From Blasia pusilla (lineage: Eukaryota): a stretch of DNA of 64,000 bases. Position numbers and translations under genes: made by a program. The DNA is taken from NCBI GenBank assembly GCA_050084515.1, contig CM114271.1, positions 24,490,001 to 24,554,000 of the forward strand. Direction: 5' to 3'. Position 1 is the first letter of the stretch. Every line of letters starts with the position of its first letter. The notes beneath the pieces are model-generated. The model was not told where the DNA came from and searched no databases. It saw nothing but the letters and a program-made list of their open reading frames with translations. Shown piece after piece: positions 27,401 through 40,900 of the stretch.

Positions 27401-29068
27401 GTGGAAAAATGATTAGGTGTGCCGTCTAAATCAAGACAACAAGATCCTCAAATGAAACTATTTTTGAAGAAAAGTGATTAGACGTGTCACTCTAAGTCAA
27501 GACATGGTGGTACACCTAGATTGGATAACTGTTAATTTTTTTTCAAAATTGATTCCATAACCTGAAAACATAAATATTAAAAAAATACAAACACCCCTAA
27601 CAACAATAATAAATATATTGTCCGTTCGAGTACGATGTTCAGTCTGAGGAAAACACCAGTTTACTATGAGTGTAAGCAGCAGGCTCTGTGTTTGGGGGGG
27701 GGGACCTTCTTTTGGGGCCCGTGACACAAGTCCCAGACCCAGTGACCAACCAATTCCCTCGGAAACAGTCCGTATGACCTCAGGTTCATAACGGTGGCCC
27801 GGGTTCCCAGTGCGAATACAGGTCGTGCGCTCAGTGTACCTTAAAATACGTGGGCCACGTGTGAGACCTCCTGCGTAGGGCCCGCGGTTTCTGTTCTGTA
27901 ACTTCTGTGTCGCTGGCGGCCGATGTCTGCTTTGCACTGATGCATCCCTCTACCGTCCTGCCGTTCTATCCATCTATTTACGCAGACTCAAGACGATGCG
28001 GGGTGATGGCTGCGCAACGACGGACGGGGTCTGTGGAGGAGGAGGAGTCCGTCTTCGGAACGGGAGGGAATTGGGGAGTGTTCGATCACGGGGAGGATTG
28101 CAGGTGGGAGAAATGCGGAAGTCTGGAAGCGAGGAGTGTACGGGGTGTCTGTGTTTTGATTGTGCTTGTTTGATGCTGGTGTGAAGATGATGGGTGTTTC
28201 GGGTGGTGGTGGTTGTTGAATTAGTCACGGGTTTCTTATGCGGAGTGATTTGGGTGTCTGAAACTCGTCGGCTGCAGTGCGGCTCATGGATCGCAGGCGT
28301 CCCTCGTGGTGTTGACCTACCTGCTCGGCGTTTTGGCGTCGAGAAGTTCTTGACGAAGGGAGGAAAGGAAGAATGGCAATTGGATCCGAGCTTCGGGTGG
28401 CTGCTTTTCCGAAACTCGGAAGAGTTCGATGAGTGAAATTGAGGCTCGCGGTTGGCAGAAGAGGAGTTGTTGCGATCCGGAGGTCCGATCATGCGCGATG
28501 AGCTCAGCAAATTTCGCCGGAGAGGAAGTCATGCTTTTCCGTTAGGATGGCGAGGAGGACGAGCTGTTTGATCCCGTCTCCTTTTCTTTTTCTCATTTAC
28601 CGTCTTCTTCGTCATTGAGATGCCGGAGATTGCTTGCTTTGAGCAGTCACAATTAGCACCCACAAAGGGCAGGGCACATCCCGGCGATCGATATCCTGTG
28701 AGTGCTGTGAGAATCTGTCAACTTCGAAGCAGATCTTCGGATGTGTAGAGTTTTTGTTGCTCCTAGTGTGGGAGGTGGGGATTCGTTTGACGAAAGATCG
28801 CCACGACTATTGCCGTTTTTCCGTACTTCGCGACTAGCGTCTGTGGCGCTCGTCTGGGATCCCATGGTTTCGAACTATGGCAGTGATGGGGTGGCGCTGT
28901 TGAAGGCTAGGGAATCGCCACGAGTGTCGGGCGTTAATTGATGAGCCTCCTCGTCTGAACATCAAAACAGGTTGCTCTGTCTGGGGGTTCCTTCGATCCG
29001 GATAAGGTAGAGTTCGCAGTGGCAATCTTTGTCTCCAGAGTTTCGAGGTGCGCCGCTGGTGTCGCCTA

Positions 29069-30793
29069 ATGGGTTACCTTTCATACTGCAGAGGTCGTTC
29101 AGCCGTCTTCACCTGCGATTCATGCAAGCGACCATCGAAGCCAGTGGATGTGAAGGTGTTCAAGTTCAGTGAACTCGAGAATGCCACACGAGGTTTTTCC
29201 GAGAGCAATCTATTGGGCAAAGGAAGCCATTCTTGCGTTTACAGGGGCAACCTGGAGGATGGGAGGGTCGTAGCAGTGAAGAGACCGACGGTTGGGCGCA
29301 GGGCTTTGCAGGATGTGTCTTCCTTCGACAACGAGCTCGAAATCTTGTCCAAGCTACAACACCGGCACTTGGTGAATCTTATTGGTTACTGCAACGAAGA
29401 CTCCGAAAGGCTGCTCGTGGTTGAATTTATGGGTAATGGTACTCTGTATGAGCTTCTTCATTGCAGTTCCGAGCCACTGAGCTGGCCCCTGAGGGTGCAC
29501 ATGGCTCTGCAAGCAGCCAAGGCCTTACTTGCTTTGCATTCCGCTTCTCCTCCCATCATACACCGCGATGTCAAATCTTCCAACATCTTGGTGGATGGAT
29601 CCTGGAATGCGAAAGTTGGAGACCTTGGACTGGCACTCCGTGGTAACCTAGAAGACGTCGTGCGACAAAGAACTCCACCGGCAGGGACGATGGGCTACAT
29701 AGATCCGGAGTACGAGACTCCATCACAGCTCAGCACCAAATCGGACGTCTTCAGTTTCGGGATTCTGCTGCTAGAGATTATGAGTGGGCGAAACGCAATT
29801 GACGTCAGATACAATCCTTCCGGGATTGTCGACTGGGCCGTGCCTCTCATCAAACAAGGAAAAGCGCTTGCGCTGTGTGATCCGACTCTCAATCCCCCTC
29901 AGAACGCCAAGGTGGTGAAACAACTCGCTGCTATCGCTGCCAGATGTGTGAGACTCTCCAGAGATAGGCGTCCGTCGATGGCCGATGTGGTGGAAGGCCT
30001 CCGCACTATTAGAAGAAAATGTCCTACTCCGCGCTTTGGTGGGAAACCGGCGAGGACCACGGCCTCTTCTCAGCCAGTCTTGAAGACTGAACCCACGGAA
30101 AGCCTCAGCGATAGTGGTTCCTCATGCCGATCCCAGAATCTTTCGATCTTCGATGAAGGCAGTATCCTCGACGAGGCGGAGATGTCCCGAGCGGAGTCTC
30201 TCATTAGAAGTCACACCTCAATTAGGAAACGCCTGAGGAATCTTTCCGATTCGTCAAGAGTGTCCGACAGCGAACTATTTCTAACAGCATCTGGCAGGAG
30301 GGGCGAGCTGCAAATTTTCGAACCCAACAGATCTACCTCCAGAGACCCCACGAAAAGAGAAGCGGGTCGGAGTGTCGTTGCTGTGACGCCATCCGCACAG
30401 GCTACAAGAAAGCCCGAAGATTCAGATTATTGCGCGAGGAGGGGAGATTGTACAGCCATCACTTCTGGAGAGAACAGAGTGAACCCTCGACGGACCATCG
30501 TGGGGGAGCGGAAAGCTCTACCGGGACTTTGGGAGATGGAGGAGAGCTCATCCAATGTCGAGGAAAGAACCACCACCGCAGGAGACGATTCGCAACATTC
30601 TGCCATGCAGAGATGCTTGAATTTGAGAGTCTCGACGGAATCCAGTCGTGACGCGAGTTTGGCGATGGGATGTGGGGTAGATGAGAGTAGCCATCACTCA
30701 CCCAAATGTGCAGAGGATGGTTGTCGGCAGCTCACGTACTGTCCAGATGAGAGACAGATGACTCAGATGTACAAAATGCCAATTTCTGCCTAA
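29069..30793 (+). CDS. Receptor-like cytoplasmic Ser/Thr kinase (At1g28390/At3g51990-like), intronless, 574 aa
   Basis: Starts MGYLSYC. Motifs LGKGSHSCVY, VAVKR, HRDVKSSN, DLG, GTMGYIDPEY, KSDVFSFG, RRPSM, then a long Ser-rich tail. The frame is open throughout. Confidence 0.95.
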   Translation: MGYLSYCRGRSAVFTCDSCKRPSKPVDVKVFKFSELENATRGFSESNLLGKGSHSCVYRGNLEDGRVVAVKRPTVGRRALQDVSSFDNELEILSKLQHRHLVNLIGYCNEDSERLLVVEFMGNGTLYELLHCSSEPLSWPLRVHMALQAAKALLALHSASPPIIHRDVKSSNILVDGSWNAKVGDLGLALRGNLEDVVRQRTPPAGTMGYIDPEYETPSQLSTKSDVFSFGILLLEIMSGRNAIDVRYNPSGIVDWAVPLIKQGKALALCDPTLNPPQNAKVVKQLAAIAARCVRLSRDRRPSMADVVEGLRTIRRKCPTPRFGGKPARTTASSQPVLKTEPTESLSDSGSSCRSQNLSIFDEGSILDEAEMSRAESLIRSHTSIRKRLRNLSDSSRVSDSELFLTASGRRGELQIFEPNRSTSRDPTKREAGRSVVAVTPSAQATRKPEDSDYCARRGDCTAITSGENRVNPRRTIVGERKALPGLWEMEESSSNVEERTTTAGDDSQHSAMQRCLNLRVSTESSRDASLAMGCGVDESSHHSPKCAEDGCRQLTYCPDERQMTQMYKMPISA

Positions 30794-33700
30794 TTAAATC
30801 TGTATTCTAGAACCGATGTCGACGGGCCCTAGAGCTCGTTGTACCAAAATCTCCACGGAGAATCGGTTTGTGAGGAGGTTTCCTCCGAGTGCCGAACGAA
30901 ACCTTTCACCTCGGGACACAGCAACATATCGTGGAGCTATTTGAAGCTGCTGGAGGTATTTGAAGCTGCTGTACATAAACCTTTCAGCGAACCCTACTCA
31001 GTCAGAACAGTGAGATTGGTCTGTCAGATCAATTGTATGAGGCAGTTCATTCCAAGTGTAGCGTTTGCTGATGATTCTTTTTATTCCACGGCGTCCGAGT
31101 TTCCCTTTTTCTCTGAACTCACAGTTGCGGGATTCTGCTTCATCAATTTCTTTCGCATCCTACGACTCTTAAGGGTCTAGAGGCCACTTCTTCCTTGCTT
31201 GAATCTGCACGCCTCCTCCTCCCCATGCTCATTATCAGATCTCAGTAAGGAGAGTGCAGTCTCTGCCTTCCCGTTTAAATGCTGCCTATTCCACTAGTGA
31301 AAGCCGATTCGAGTTCTGGACTCGCGCATTTGTTGGTCTTTCAGTCACTTCTGCTCACATAATGAGAAGACCGTGCCCTATTCTATTCCTCTACATTCAA
31401 GAAAGAACGTCTCAGTAGCAAACTCACTCGTCCACGTCTGGTTGTCGCCGATTGCGTTGACTCCCGCTTTTGCTGAACGTCTTGTCCAAAGTTTTGGTGT
31501 GCCGTCGAATATCCTCTGAAACGTGTGCACATTTCTTAATACCGCCATTGATCAGTCATCTGTTTGCCTGCGGCCCATGCGGTAGCGGAAGAAGTTCATA
31601 CGAGAAACTTTTCTGGAATTCTAGTCGCCTCACATCGGAGATACGCTACCGTGTCTCCGATGCTATCCAAAGACTGCGGAAATTGAGGAAAATGTCGGCA
31701 GATCATCAAAAGGAGCATAAGAGACTGGATTCTGTGGCTGGTCATTAAAAGGAGAAAGCCTGAATAAAAGCCGGTGATGAAAACTGAAGAAAAGCTGAAT
31801 TAAAGGTGGTGATTGAAAACCGTGTACAAATGAGCGGGACTCAAATTGTCAGTGGGAGAAGGGCACAACCTGCCCGAGAAGAAAAAGGGGTAGCTCCTAG
31901 GCATACACATATACAATATCAACTCCATCCAGGGAGACATGATTATCATTAAGTGGGCCTCTAGAGATGGCGTCTCCTCGTAGCTTGAGGTGGTGAAAGC
32001 CTCTCCTTAGCTACGTTGCAAAGTTACGTGCAACACGTAACTTTGCCTATAATAAAAATTGCAATCACGAAGAACAACCCAGTTTTCAATTGAAGATGCT
32101 TGTACTCCCAAGGAACTAGTTAAACCTTTCTCCCTTAGTCCCATATATTTCTATCAATAAGGGGGATAAATCGATATCCTTTATGAAGTCGACTATAGAG
32201 ATGAGTCTACTTAACATCTGCCGTTGCTCCTTGTAGTAGTCTCCATTGTGCCACCATTTGGGACAAGGGAGACTTACAAAATTAAACGTTGTGATTGCGC
32301 GAAGTCGTAGTTCTCGATATCTGTACATGCGCCATGAGTTACAATCATGTCTAGCTCAACGCCTTCACCTACCCTCATGAATCTCTTCATGCACTTCTTT
32401 GTTGACTAGTCTAATCGCTCAAGCTGAAGCATAACACTGTAGTAAATCTATGAACGTACTCTTCTTGGCTCACAGATCCGACTGCTATTACAAAATTAAA
32501 AAAAGCACAAGGCAAACTCGCCAATCCTATTTACTCCTCAATAGTTTTGTACACACGAACCTTCAAATTCCGATTAGAAATGGCCGAACTCTAAAACTTT
32601 AAGAAGTTTGGGGAGGTTTTTTCAATTTGAAGTGACCAATTTTTTCCCTACAAATGTACCTCAATTTTGTATAAAGATAAGTCATAAATAAGTAGAGATA
32701 GATGATCCTCTAAAATTAGATTAATCTAACTATTAATTAGAAAATAATCATAAATATTGATAATTATTTATTTTTGTGGTTGGATTCCATAACTGAACGA
32801 GTTAATCTTATATTTTATTAGTGACAAAGATTTGAATAAACACAACCAATAAGAAACATTTTTCTAATAGAAGACCCAAAATATCGTGATAATATCCATA
32901 GAAATGAAAAAATGAAGAAAAAATACAAAACCTCACCACCACGTCGCCCAACGTGGATCTTTGATACCCATAACGAGAATGGCAAGTAAATGTACAAGTC
33001 CCATGTATGGTCATCTCAATCTTTAGGTTGCATAAGAGAACTGTGATTCCAAAATCGGCCACACTCATGAGATGATGGTTCTATTCTGGAGGTTTTCACC
33101 GTGGAACCCGAGAAATGTAGATTCTCCAAATTCTCAAGTGATAAATGGACTTAAAAGCAAGGCACATATGGAAGCATATTATGGCGAGCACTGCAGGCTC
33201 CACGAACCTCTACGGACACTCACCACATTTGTTGCCCCTTCGTTGGAGTTTGGACTAAGCATGTGGGCAATGAGAGGATTCTACTTTTGTTAGTGGACAG
33301 GAAATTTTAGGGATAAAATTTCAACGAGCAAATAATATTCTATTCAAATCTCGGTAATATGAATTCAGTCTTTTCTCCCCTTTTTTTTTCATTGGATACT
33401 TTTCTATTCTTGAATCGAAAAATATTTCATGGTTACTGAAAGGTGAAGGCCATCGTGGGAGCATAACATGCGTGTCACGATGGAGCATCATCGATAATTA
33501 TTAAGGACGGTAGAACTCATGACCTAAAAGACTACGAAATTTCAACCACCTCCTTCCAACTAACCTTCTATTGAAAAGATTGACTATTCGATTTGTCTTT
33601 GCATTTTCTTGCTTATCATCTGTAACTAAAAAAACTCCATTTCTGCATCTTTCGTGTGGGAATCCAAACTCCTTGAAATGGCTCCGTAATTGTCGTCGAT

Positions 33701-34936
33701 GCAGCTGTACTGCCGTGTTTGTGTCCAGCGCATGGATACAGATAGATTTCTTACCGCATAAGTATCCGAATTCCGATTGCAAAACTTCCCAACGATCGGC
33801 ATTTTCAAATTTCAAGTACAGTTTACGCTCCCTATTTGGCAACCGCCAGAGCGCAGACTGGACTTTCCAGCCATACTCGCGGTCGATGCTCGAGCTCTAA
33901 AGTCTAATGTCCATGCGACAGAGCGCAGAGATGACAGAGACGACTCAGCCGAGTAGTTGGCCTCGTGCGGGTCCAACACGCCGACCTGAAAACTTCTGCG
34001 CGTCTGCCATGGCTTTGTGGGCATGAACTGGAGCGGAGCAAGAGTCGCTCGTTCGCCATCCCCAGCATCGTCGGAGGATCGGGTGGAAGCCTCCAAAGCC
34101 TTGCTTATCTGTCGTAGAGAATGTCCGCCGCTGCCATCCCGAGTTCTGATCTAGTAACTACGATAAAATCAAACGAGCAACGATTACCGCGGTTCCTCTC
34201 GGATCCGCCTCGGACTCGCCCTGGAGGCATTGCGTCAGTCGCACTCGTTTCCAACAGCACGAGGTCACTCCGCGGGTAGATCCATGTCTGCAGAATCTGC
34301 GAATTTTTGGAAAACTGGTGCCGAGTATGTCGGAGGGCGGACGAACGGGTACGGAGTCTACAGACTCCAGAGTCCGGAGTTCAGACAGGCGCATTGTACC
34401 GTTGTCTGACCTCCCAACGGATCTAAATGTTCCCCGCAAGACTCGACAAGACGATGATCACCGACCGACACGAGAAGAAAGAGAGCGAGAGGGAATACGA
34501 CCCGTTTAGTGGAGGGAAAGATGGAGTTATCGGTGTTATCGCATCACATTTTTCTCGGTAAGAAAAAGTGCCTCATTTTAATGTTCACTAACTAGTAGTG
34601 CCCGGCCCGGGCGAAAGAAGCCTTCCCTCGAAACCTTCTTTCTCATCTAGTTTAGTTGGATGGAACAAAATCATTAGAAGGCGTAGGTGTAAAAATCATA
34701 GTCAGCCTTAAAAGACAGGTTTGTTCGTGATGCTACTCTATATTATACAAAGAGGGCGGGGTTTGTGAAATCCCTCCTCTCCTCCGGTGTCAACACGTGT
34801 TCATTTTGGTTACACATGGTGATGACGCGTGTAACATAGGAATTAACTTACAATGCGTGCCCACCCTTTCCTCACATGTGATTTTCACACGGTACACGCA
34901 TTATACTAGTAATATTATGAATATCATGGTATTAGG

Positions 34937-37900
34937 TGTCATGCGCATACTCTCCTTGAACGTTAATCTTGTTGTTGCGGAAGCGTGCGTTCAGTAGGTC
35001 ACGCTCTCAACGTTGATCTGCATCCAAACACGCACTCTGGTTAGTCGGGTCTTGGATCAATCAGCGGGCTAACTTTCCGAGTTCTCGTCTCAGTCTCTCA
35101 TCAAGCTCAACCTTCCTTGTTTCGCGGTTTACAACACGGGAAAGTCTCGAAAGACTCGAAACAGACTTTCTAGTCAGTTCAGGAACCTCAAACGGCGTTT
35201 CGCGCCTAGCGGCTCCAACTTTCCAATGGACATCCAATGACTCCCTAACCGAGACTCGTACAAAGTGAATCTCGGGTCATAATCCAATTGTGGCATACAA
35301 AGTCCACTCCCTTGGATTAGGTTTGGGTTTCGAGTTCCAACGCCAAACTCCCGTTCCATGCGTGCCTCTGAGAGGCCGTTTGGTGCTCAAAGTGGGGATT
35401 CGTGTTCCAAGACGTCTTGGAGAGACTCCTCCCTTACCAGTACTTCTGGGAATCTCCGGGGTTCCCTACATTTAGGGAAGGACACCCGGGCCTCTCCAAT
35501 TGGCCCTCAACCCGATTGCTCTCACAGTCTTTTTTGGCTAATATCTCAGTTTGTACTTCTGTGTTTGCTGAGATCTTTCGTCCGTTGGAAGCGTCTCTAG
35601 ATAAGCTTTCCAACGTGCCCTTATTTGTCCCAAACGCATCTTGGGGCTAAAAGTTATGGTCCAAAATACAGTCAAATTCCCCAAACGCTAGTCGTGTTCC
35701 AAAACTGGTTCTCCCTTCTTTGGCAACCAACCTTCCAAGACTCAACTCATCTCAAGTCTTAGCTCGCGTTTGGTCTAGGTTTCCTAGTTGCGACCACTAA
35801 CGCATGAAACGTACTCTGTTCCGTGTTTCGTCTCTTGGACTTTTTCAAGAGACCTTTCCAAAAGCCTCTCCAAAGCGCAAACATCGCAACACGAGTCCAC
35901 TTGAGTTCTGATGTCCGCTCGACCTGACGTTGGACATGCCCTGACGTCCGCGGGGCAGATTAGTCTGTCTTGGGGTTTGTGACTTCAAATGGATGCAAGA
36001 TAGACACATACGTTAGTACATGGTGAAACAAAGGACATAACTTATGACCAGGAAGCTTGGGCCGATAACCCGTTTTAACTATAAATGTTTAGTTGTTGCA
36101 ATAAAGAATGCATGGATTTGGAGATTGATGCTTGTAATTTTGATTTTGAGTTTGGTAGTACATGGCAATGAGTAGTTCTTCATATGCTTAGGATGTAAGT
36201 GAAGGAGGCCAAACAATGAGTATTTGAGGTGAGAGCTTGTATTCGGATAAGGCATCTAGATCAGGACCAAGTGTTGAAGTATCAGAACTCCCCGCCCAAC
36301 CCCGCCGACGTCAGGGCGATTCCATTTGAAGTCTCGCAACCCTTCTTGCGCGTGTTCAAGATCCGCCTCCGCAATCCAAGTCGCCTCTTTCACATGGTAG
36401 CCTTTCCACTTGACCAAGTACTCGTACCTGGCGGCTCCACCTCTGGAACACAGAATGGTCTCCACCTTGAACTCTAGTTCCTCATTTCTGATGACCGATT
36501 GTGGTCTCAACACCATCCTTTGTTCCGGACGCACATTATCTTGAAGACACTTCTTCAATAATGACACATGGAAAGTCAGGTGAATCTTGAACTCGTTTGG
36601 AAACTCCAATGTGTACACATCCTCAAATGGCTTTGCCTTGATCACTGTCGCGCCCCTACTCTCGTTGAACGTCAATCTTTAGTGTTGCGGAAGCGTGCGT
36701 TTAGTAGGTCACGAACTCATGGCCGATCTGCACCTAAACACGCACTCTCGTTAGTCGGGTCTGGGCCAACCGGCGTTCCAACCCACCGAGTCCTCGACTC
36801 GGCGTCTCATCAAGCTCAGCCTTCCTTAGTTCCTGGCTTCCAAAACATGGCAAGTCCTTCAAGACTTGGAACAGACTTCCTGGTTAGTCCAGGGATCTGA
36901 AACGGCACTTGCACGCCTAGCGATCCCAACTGTTCAACGGTCCTCGTGTGAGTTCCGAACCGAGACCCAAGTAATTGAGTCGCGGCGTGAAATCCAAGAG
37001 GGGTGTCTAAAATCGCCTCAATGGACTTGGTGCAGGTTTTCCAACCCAACGCCCAAACTCGCGTTCCGTTCCATGCCCTTGAGCCGCCCCGCGGCGCCCA
37101 AAGTGGGGTTTGGGTTCCAAGCACTCTCGGAGACCTTCCCCCTTACTAGTACTTATGGGGTTCTCCAATAACCCCTCCCCTTTGGGAAAAGAGGTTCGGG
37201 CCCTTCATTGTGGCCCTCAACCCGACTCCACTTACAGTCGTTTTTGGGTTGTATCTCGGCTGCTGCTTATGCGTTTGCAGCGATCTTTGGTGCGTTTGAA
37301 CCGGCTCTCCATAAGCTTTCCAACGCACCCTTATTTGCTTCAAACGCATCTTGGCGCTAAAAGTTATGGCCATAAATACAGTCGGAAACTCTCAAACGCA
37401 AATGGCGTTCCAAATCCGGATCTTTCCTTTGGCAACCCACTTCCTAGACTCGACTTCTTTCAAGTCTCATTCCGCGTTTGGTCCAGGTTTCTGAGTTGCG
37501 ACCATCACATATGAAACGCGACTTCTCGCTCGCGTCTCGTCTCTTGTCTCCTCTTTGAGACAACTCCAACGCGCAAACCATCTTAGCGTGAGCCCGCTAA
37601 TGTTCCGATGTTCCGCTTGGCACTTGTTTGGTCATGAGGGTCGCGACACTCACCCCTCTTTTAGAGGTTGATGCCCTCATCAACGCAAACTTTTATTATG
37701 TCAAGTCTCCTGGGCAGCCTACCCCTTGACATTGAATTGCGTTCTGGTGGCTAACACGCAATTCCTCTTAGTCTCTAGTTGTCGCTTTGCCCCACTTAGA
37801 ATTATTAGCCTCTCATCTTCGATAAGCCTGGACTAGTTCCAAGGAACTAACCTATCAAATAAGCTAACTAAGTGTGCAACCTTAGACTCTTTTGACTCAT

Positions 37901-40900
37901 TACTGTAAACATCACACATGTTTACCTGGTCCACAAATCGTACTACTATTGGGTCGCTCTCGTATTCGACTTAGGCGCGTCATTAAGTTTACTTATGTGG
38001 CCACAAGTAAGATCACCCCAAGCCCCAAGACAGACTTCATCGCCCGCCGACGCTAGGGCGAGCCGAGTGTAATCCAACACAAGGTCCTGTTCTAGGTGCT
38101 TATCCACATACGAGCTCTCACCTCAAATACTCCTTGTCTGTCCTCTTGTCGTACATTCTAAGCCTATGATGAACGACTCATAGCCATGCACTACCACATA
38201 TAAATTGCAATCAACACTGGTATCGAATCTCCAAATCCATACACTCCTTTATTGCAACACTAGCATTCCTAGTTACAACGGCCTTCGGCCCAAGATTCCA
38301 CTGGTTACAAGTCATGTCTCTAGCTTCTCCTCGTACTAACGTATGTGCTTCGCTTGTGTTCGCTTGAAGTCACGCAGCAACTCTTGCGCGTGTTCCAAAT
38401 CTGCCTCCGCAATCCAAGTCGCCTCCTTCACATGGTAGCCCTTCCATTTGACCAAGTATTCATACTTGTTGGCTCGACGCCTCGAACGTAAGATGGTCTC
38501 CACCTCGAACTCCGGCTCCTCGTTTACGATGACCGGGTGCGGTCTCACCACCTGTCTCCGCTCGAAACGTCCATTATCTTGAAGATATTTCTTCAACAAT
38601 GACACATGAAAGGTCGGGTGAATCTTGAACTCGTCCGGCAGCCTCAACGTATACACATCCTCAAACGGGTTTGCCACAATCACATACGGTCCAAAGATAC
38701 TTACTTGATACCTTCGCAGACAACTCTTTCGGAAGAGTGAGATTCTTCACACTCAACCACACTTGTTCTCCAACTTGGAATCGTACTCGGCGCCGACTCT
38801 TGTTAGCATGCTTAACGTACCTCATTTGAGCCTTTGCAAGACTTCGCCTCGCGTTCTCTTTCGTTTCGCATCTCTACCAACAAACTTTTCCGCCGCTTGT
38901 CGTGGTGTTCGTGCCAATGTAGTACCCTTCGAAAGGGCTAGATCAAGAGGCCCTTTCGGCTCGTCCATTTGCCAGGAGAAACGGAGATTCTCTGTTGAGA
39001 ATCTTGGTCGAGTTGTAGCAAGATTCCGCCATGCTCACCACGACCCAATTGCGTTGATCAAGACCGACATAATTCCTCAAGTCTTGATTCACGATAGAGT
39101 TTACCTTTTCATCTTGTCCATCCGTCTGTGGGTGGAAAGCCGTACTAAAACTCAGCTTGGTCTTAAACCTTCTGAACAAGTGCTTCCAGAAAGCACTGGT
39201 AAACTTTGGATCCCGATCTGAAACAATGCTCCTCGGCAAACCATGAGCACGCCACCAGCTATCGAGGAATAGTTGCGCCGTCGTATACGCCGTTGCGGAA
39301 TCCACCGTCGGCACGAATCTCGCCAACTTGCTAAACCGATCAACAATCACAAGTATAGCGTTGTATCCCCCAGATTCCGGAAGACTCGTGATGAAATCCA
39401 TACTCACACTTTGCAAGGGTCCTTCGGGGATCGGCAAGGGATGCAGCAAGCCTTGTTTCTTATCATAAGAGACTCTATTCGCTTGGCAGGTCACACAGGT
39501 CTTCACATATTGAGCAACATCCTCCTTCATGTTGGGCCAAAAGAACCGCTTCGACAGAACAACTAGCGTAGATTTCTCTCCTTTATGTCCTGCCAAGGGT
39601 CCGTCGTGACATTGAGCTAACACCTTGGTTCGCATTTTGCCTTGCCCTGCATAGATCCTACTCTGTTTGAACCTTAGTAAACCGTGCCTCAAACTTATGT
39701 CGGCCACCTTCTCACCCTGCTTCAACTTCCTCAGGTATTCCCCTGCTTGAGCATCCTTCATATATCCTTCACGAATCCTTCTCTCCAGATCTGTTTCCTT
39801 AGGGAACATTGCTCTCAAGACCTGTGTCGTCGATGGCATGTGTTCCTCCTTGCGACTTAACGCATCTGGAATCACATTATCTTTACCTGGCTTGTGGATC
39901 AACTCTACATCCATCAGCGCCAAGGTATCATGCCACCGCAGTTTGTTTGGTTGTACTCGATCCTGGGTCTCAAAATACTTGAGTGATATATTATCGGTGA
40001 ATACTCGAGTCTTGTGGAGCCCTAGATAATGCCGCCACTTCCTCAAGCAATGTACCACCGCGAACAACTCTTTCTCGTGAGTAGGCCATCTCCTTTCAGT
40101 GTCGCTAAGCTCCAACGCGCAAACCATCTTAGCGTGAGCCCGCTAATGTTCCGATGTTCCGCTTGGCACTTGTTTGGTCATGAGGGTCGCGACAATCACA
40201 TACGGTCCAACATACTTGGCTGAAAATTTCCCAGACAATTCCTTCGGAAGGGTGAGATTCTTTACACTCAACCACACTTGTTTCCCGACTTGGACACTCA
40301 CTTGGGGCCTACTTTTGTTAGCATGCTTCAGGTACCTTAGTTGAGCCTTGGCAAGACTTTTCCTCGCTCGCTCTTGTCGTTCCTGCATTTCCACTAACAA
40401 ACATTCCACTGTTGCTTGACGAGTGTGTGTCGATGTAGCGCCCCTCGAAAGAGCCAAGTCAAGAGGCCCTTTTGGTTCTCTTTGATACGCCAGAAGAAAC
40501 GGAGATTCTCTGGTTGCATAATGCTTGGTCGAGTTGTAACAATACTCAGCCATACTTAGCCACTTGGCCCAATCCCTTTGGTCCGCACTCACGTAATTCC
40601 TTAAGTATTGGTTCACGACCGAGTTTACCTTTTTCCGTTTGCCCATCCGTTTGAGGATGGAAGGCCATACTAAAGCTGGGTTTGGTCCGGAACCTCATGA
40701 ATAGATGTTTCCAAAAGGCACTGGTAAAATCCGGATCTCGATCGGACACAATGCTCCTAGGCAATCCGTGAGCTTGCCACCAACTATCCAAGAACAATCG
40801 AGAAGTCGTGTAGGCCGTTGTAGAATCTCTCGTTGGCACAAACCTCCCCAATTTGCTAAACCGATAAACTATCACAAGGATAGCGTTGTATCCCTCAGAT

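Noticed and set aside
29048-29068. GTG start given by the ORF track for the kinase
   Set aside because: Eukaryotic gene; the ATG at 29069 gives the family-typical MGYLS N-terminus.
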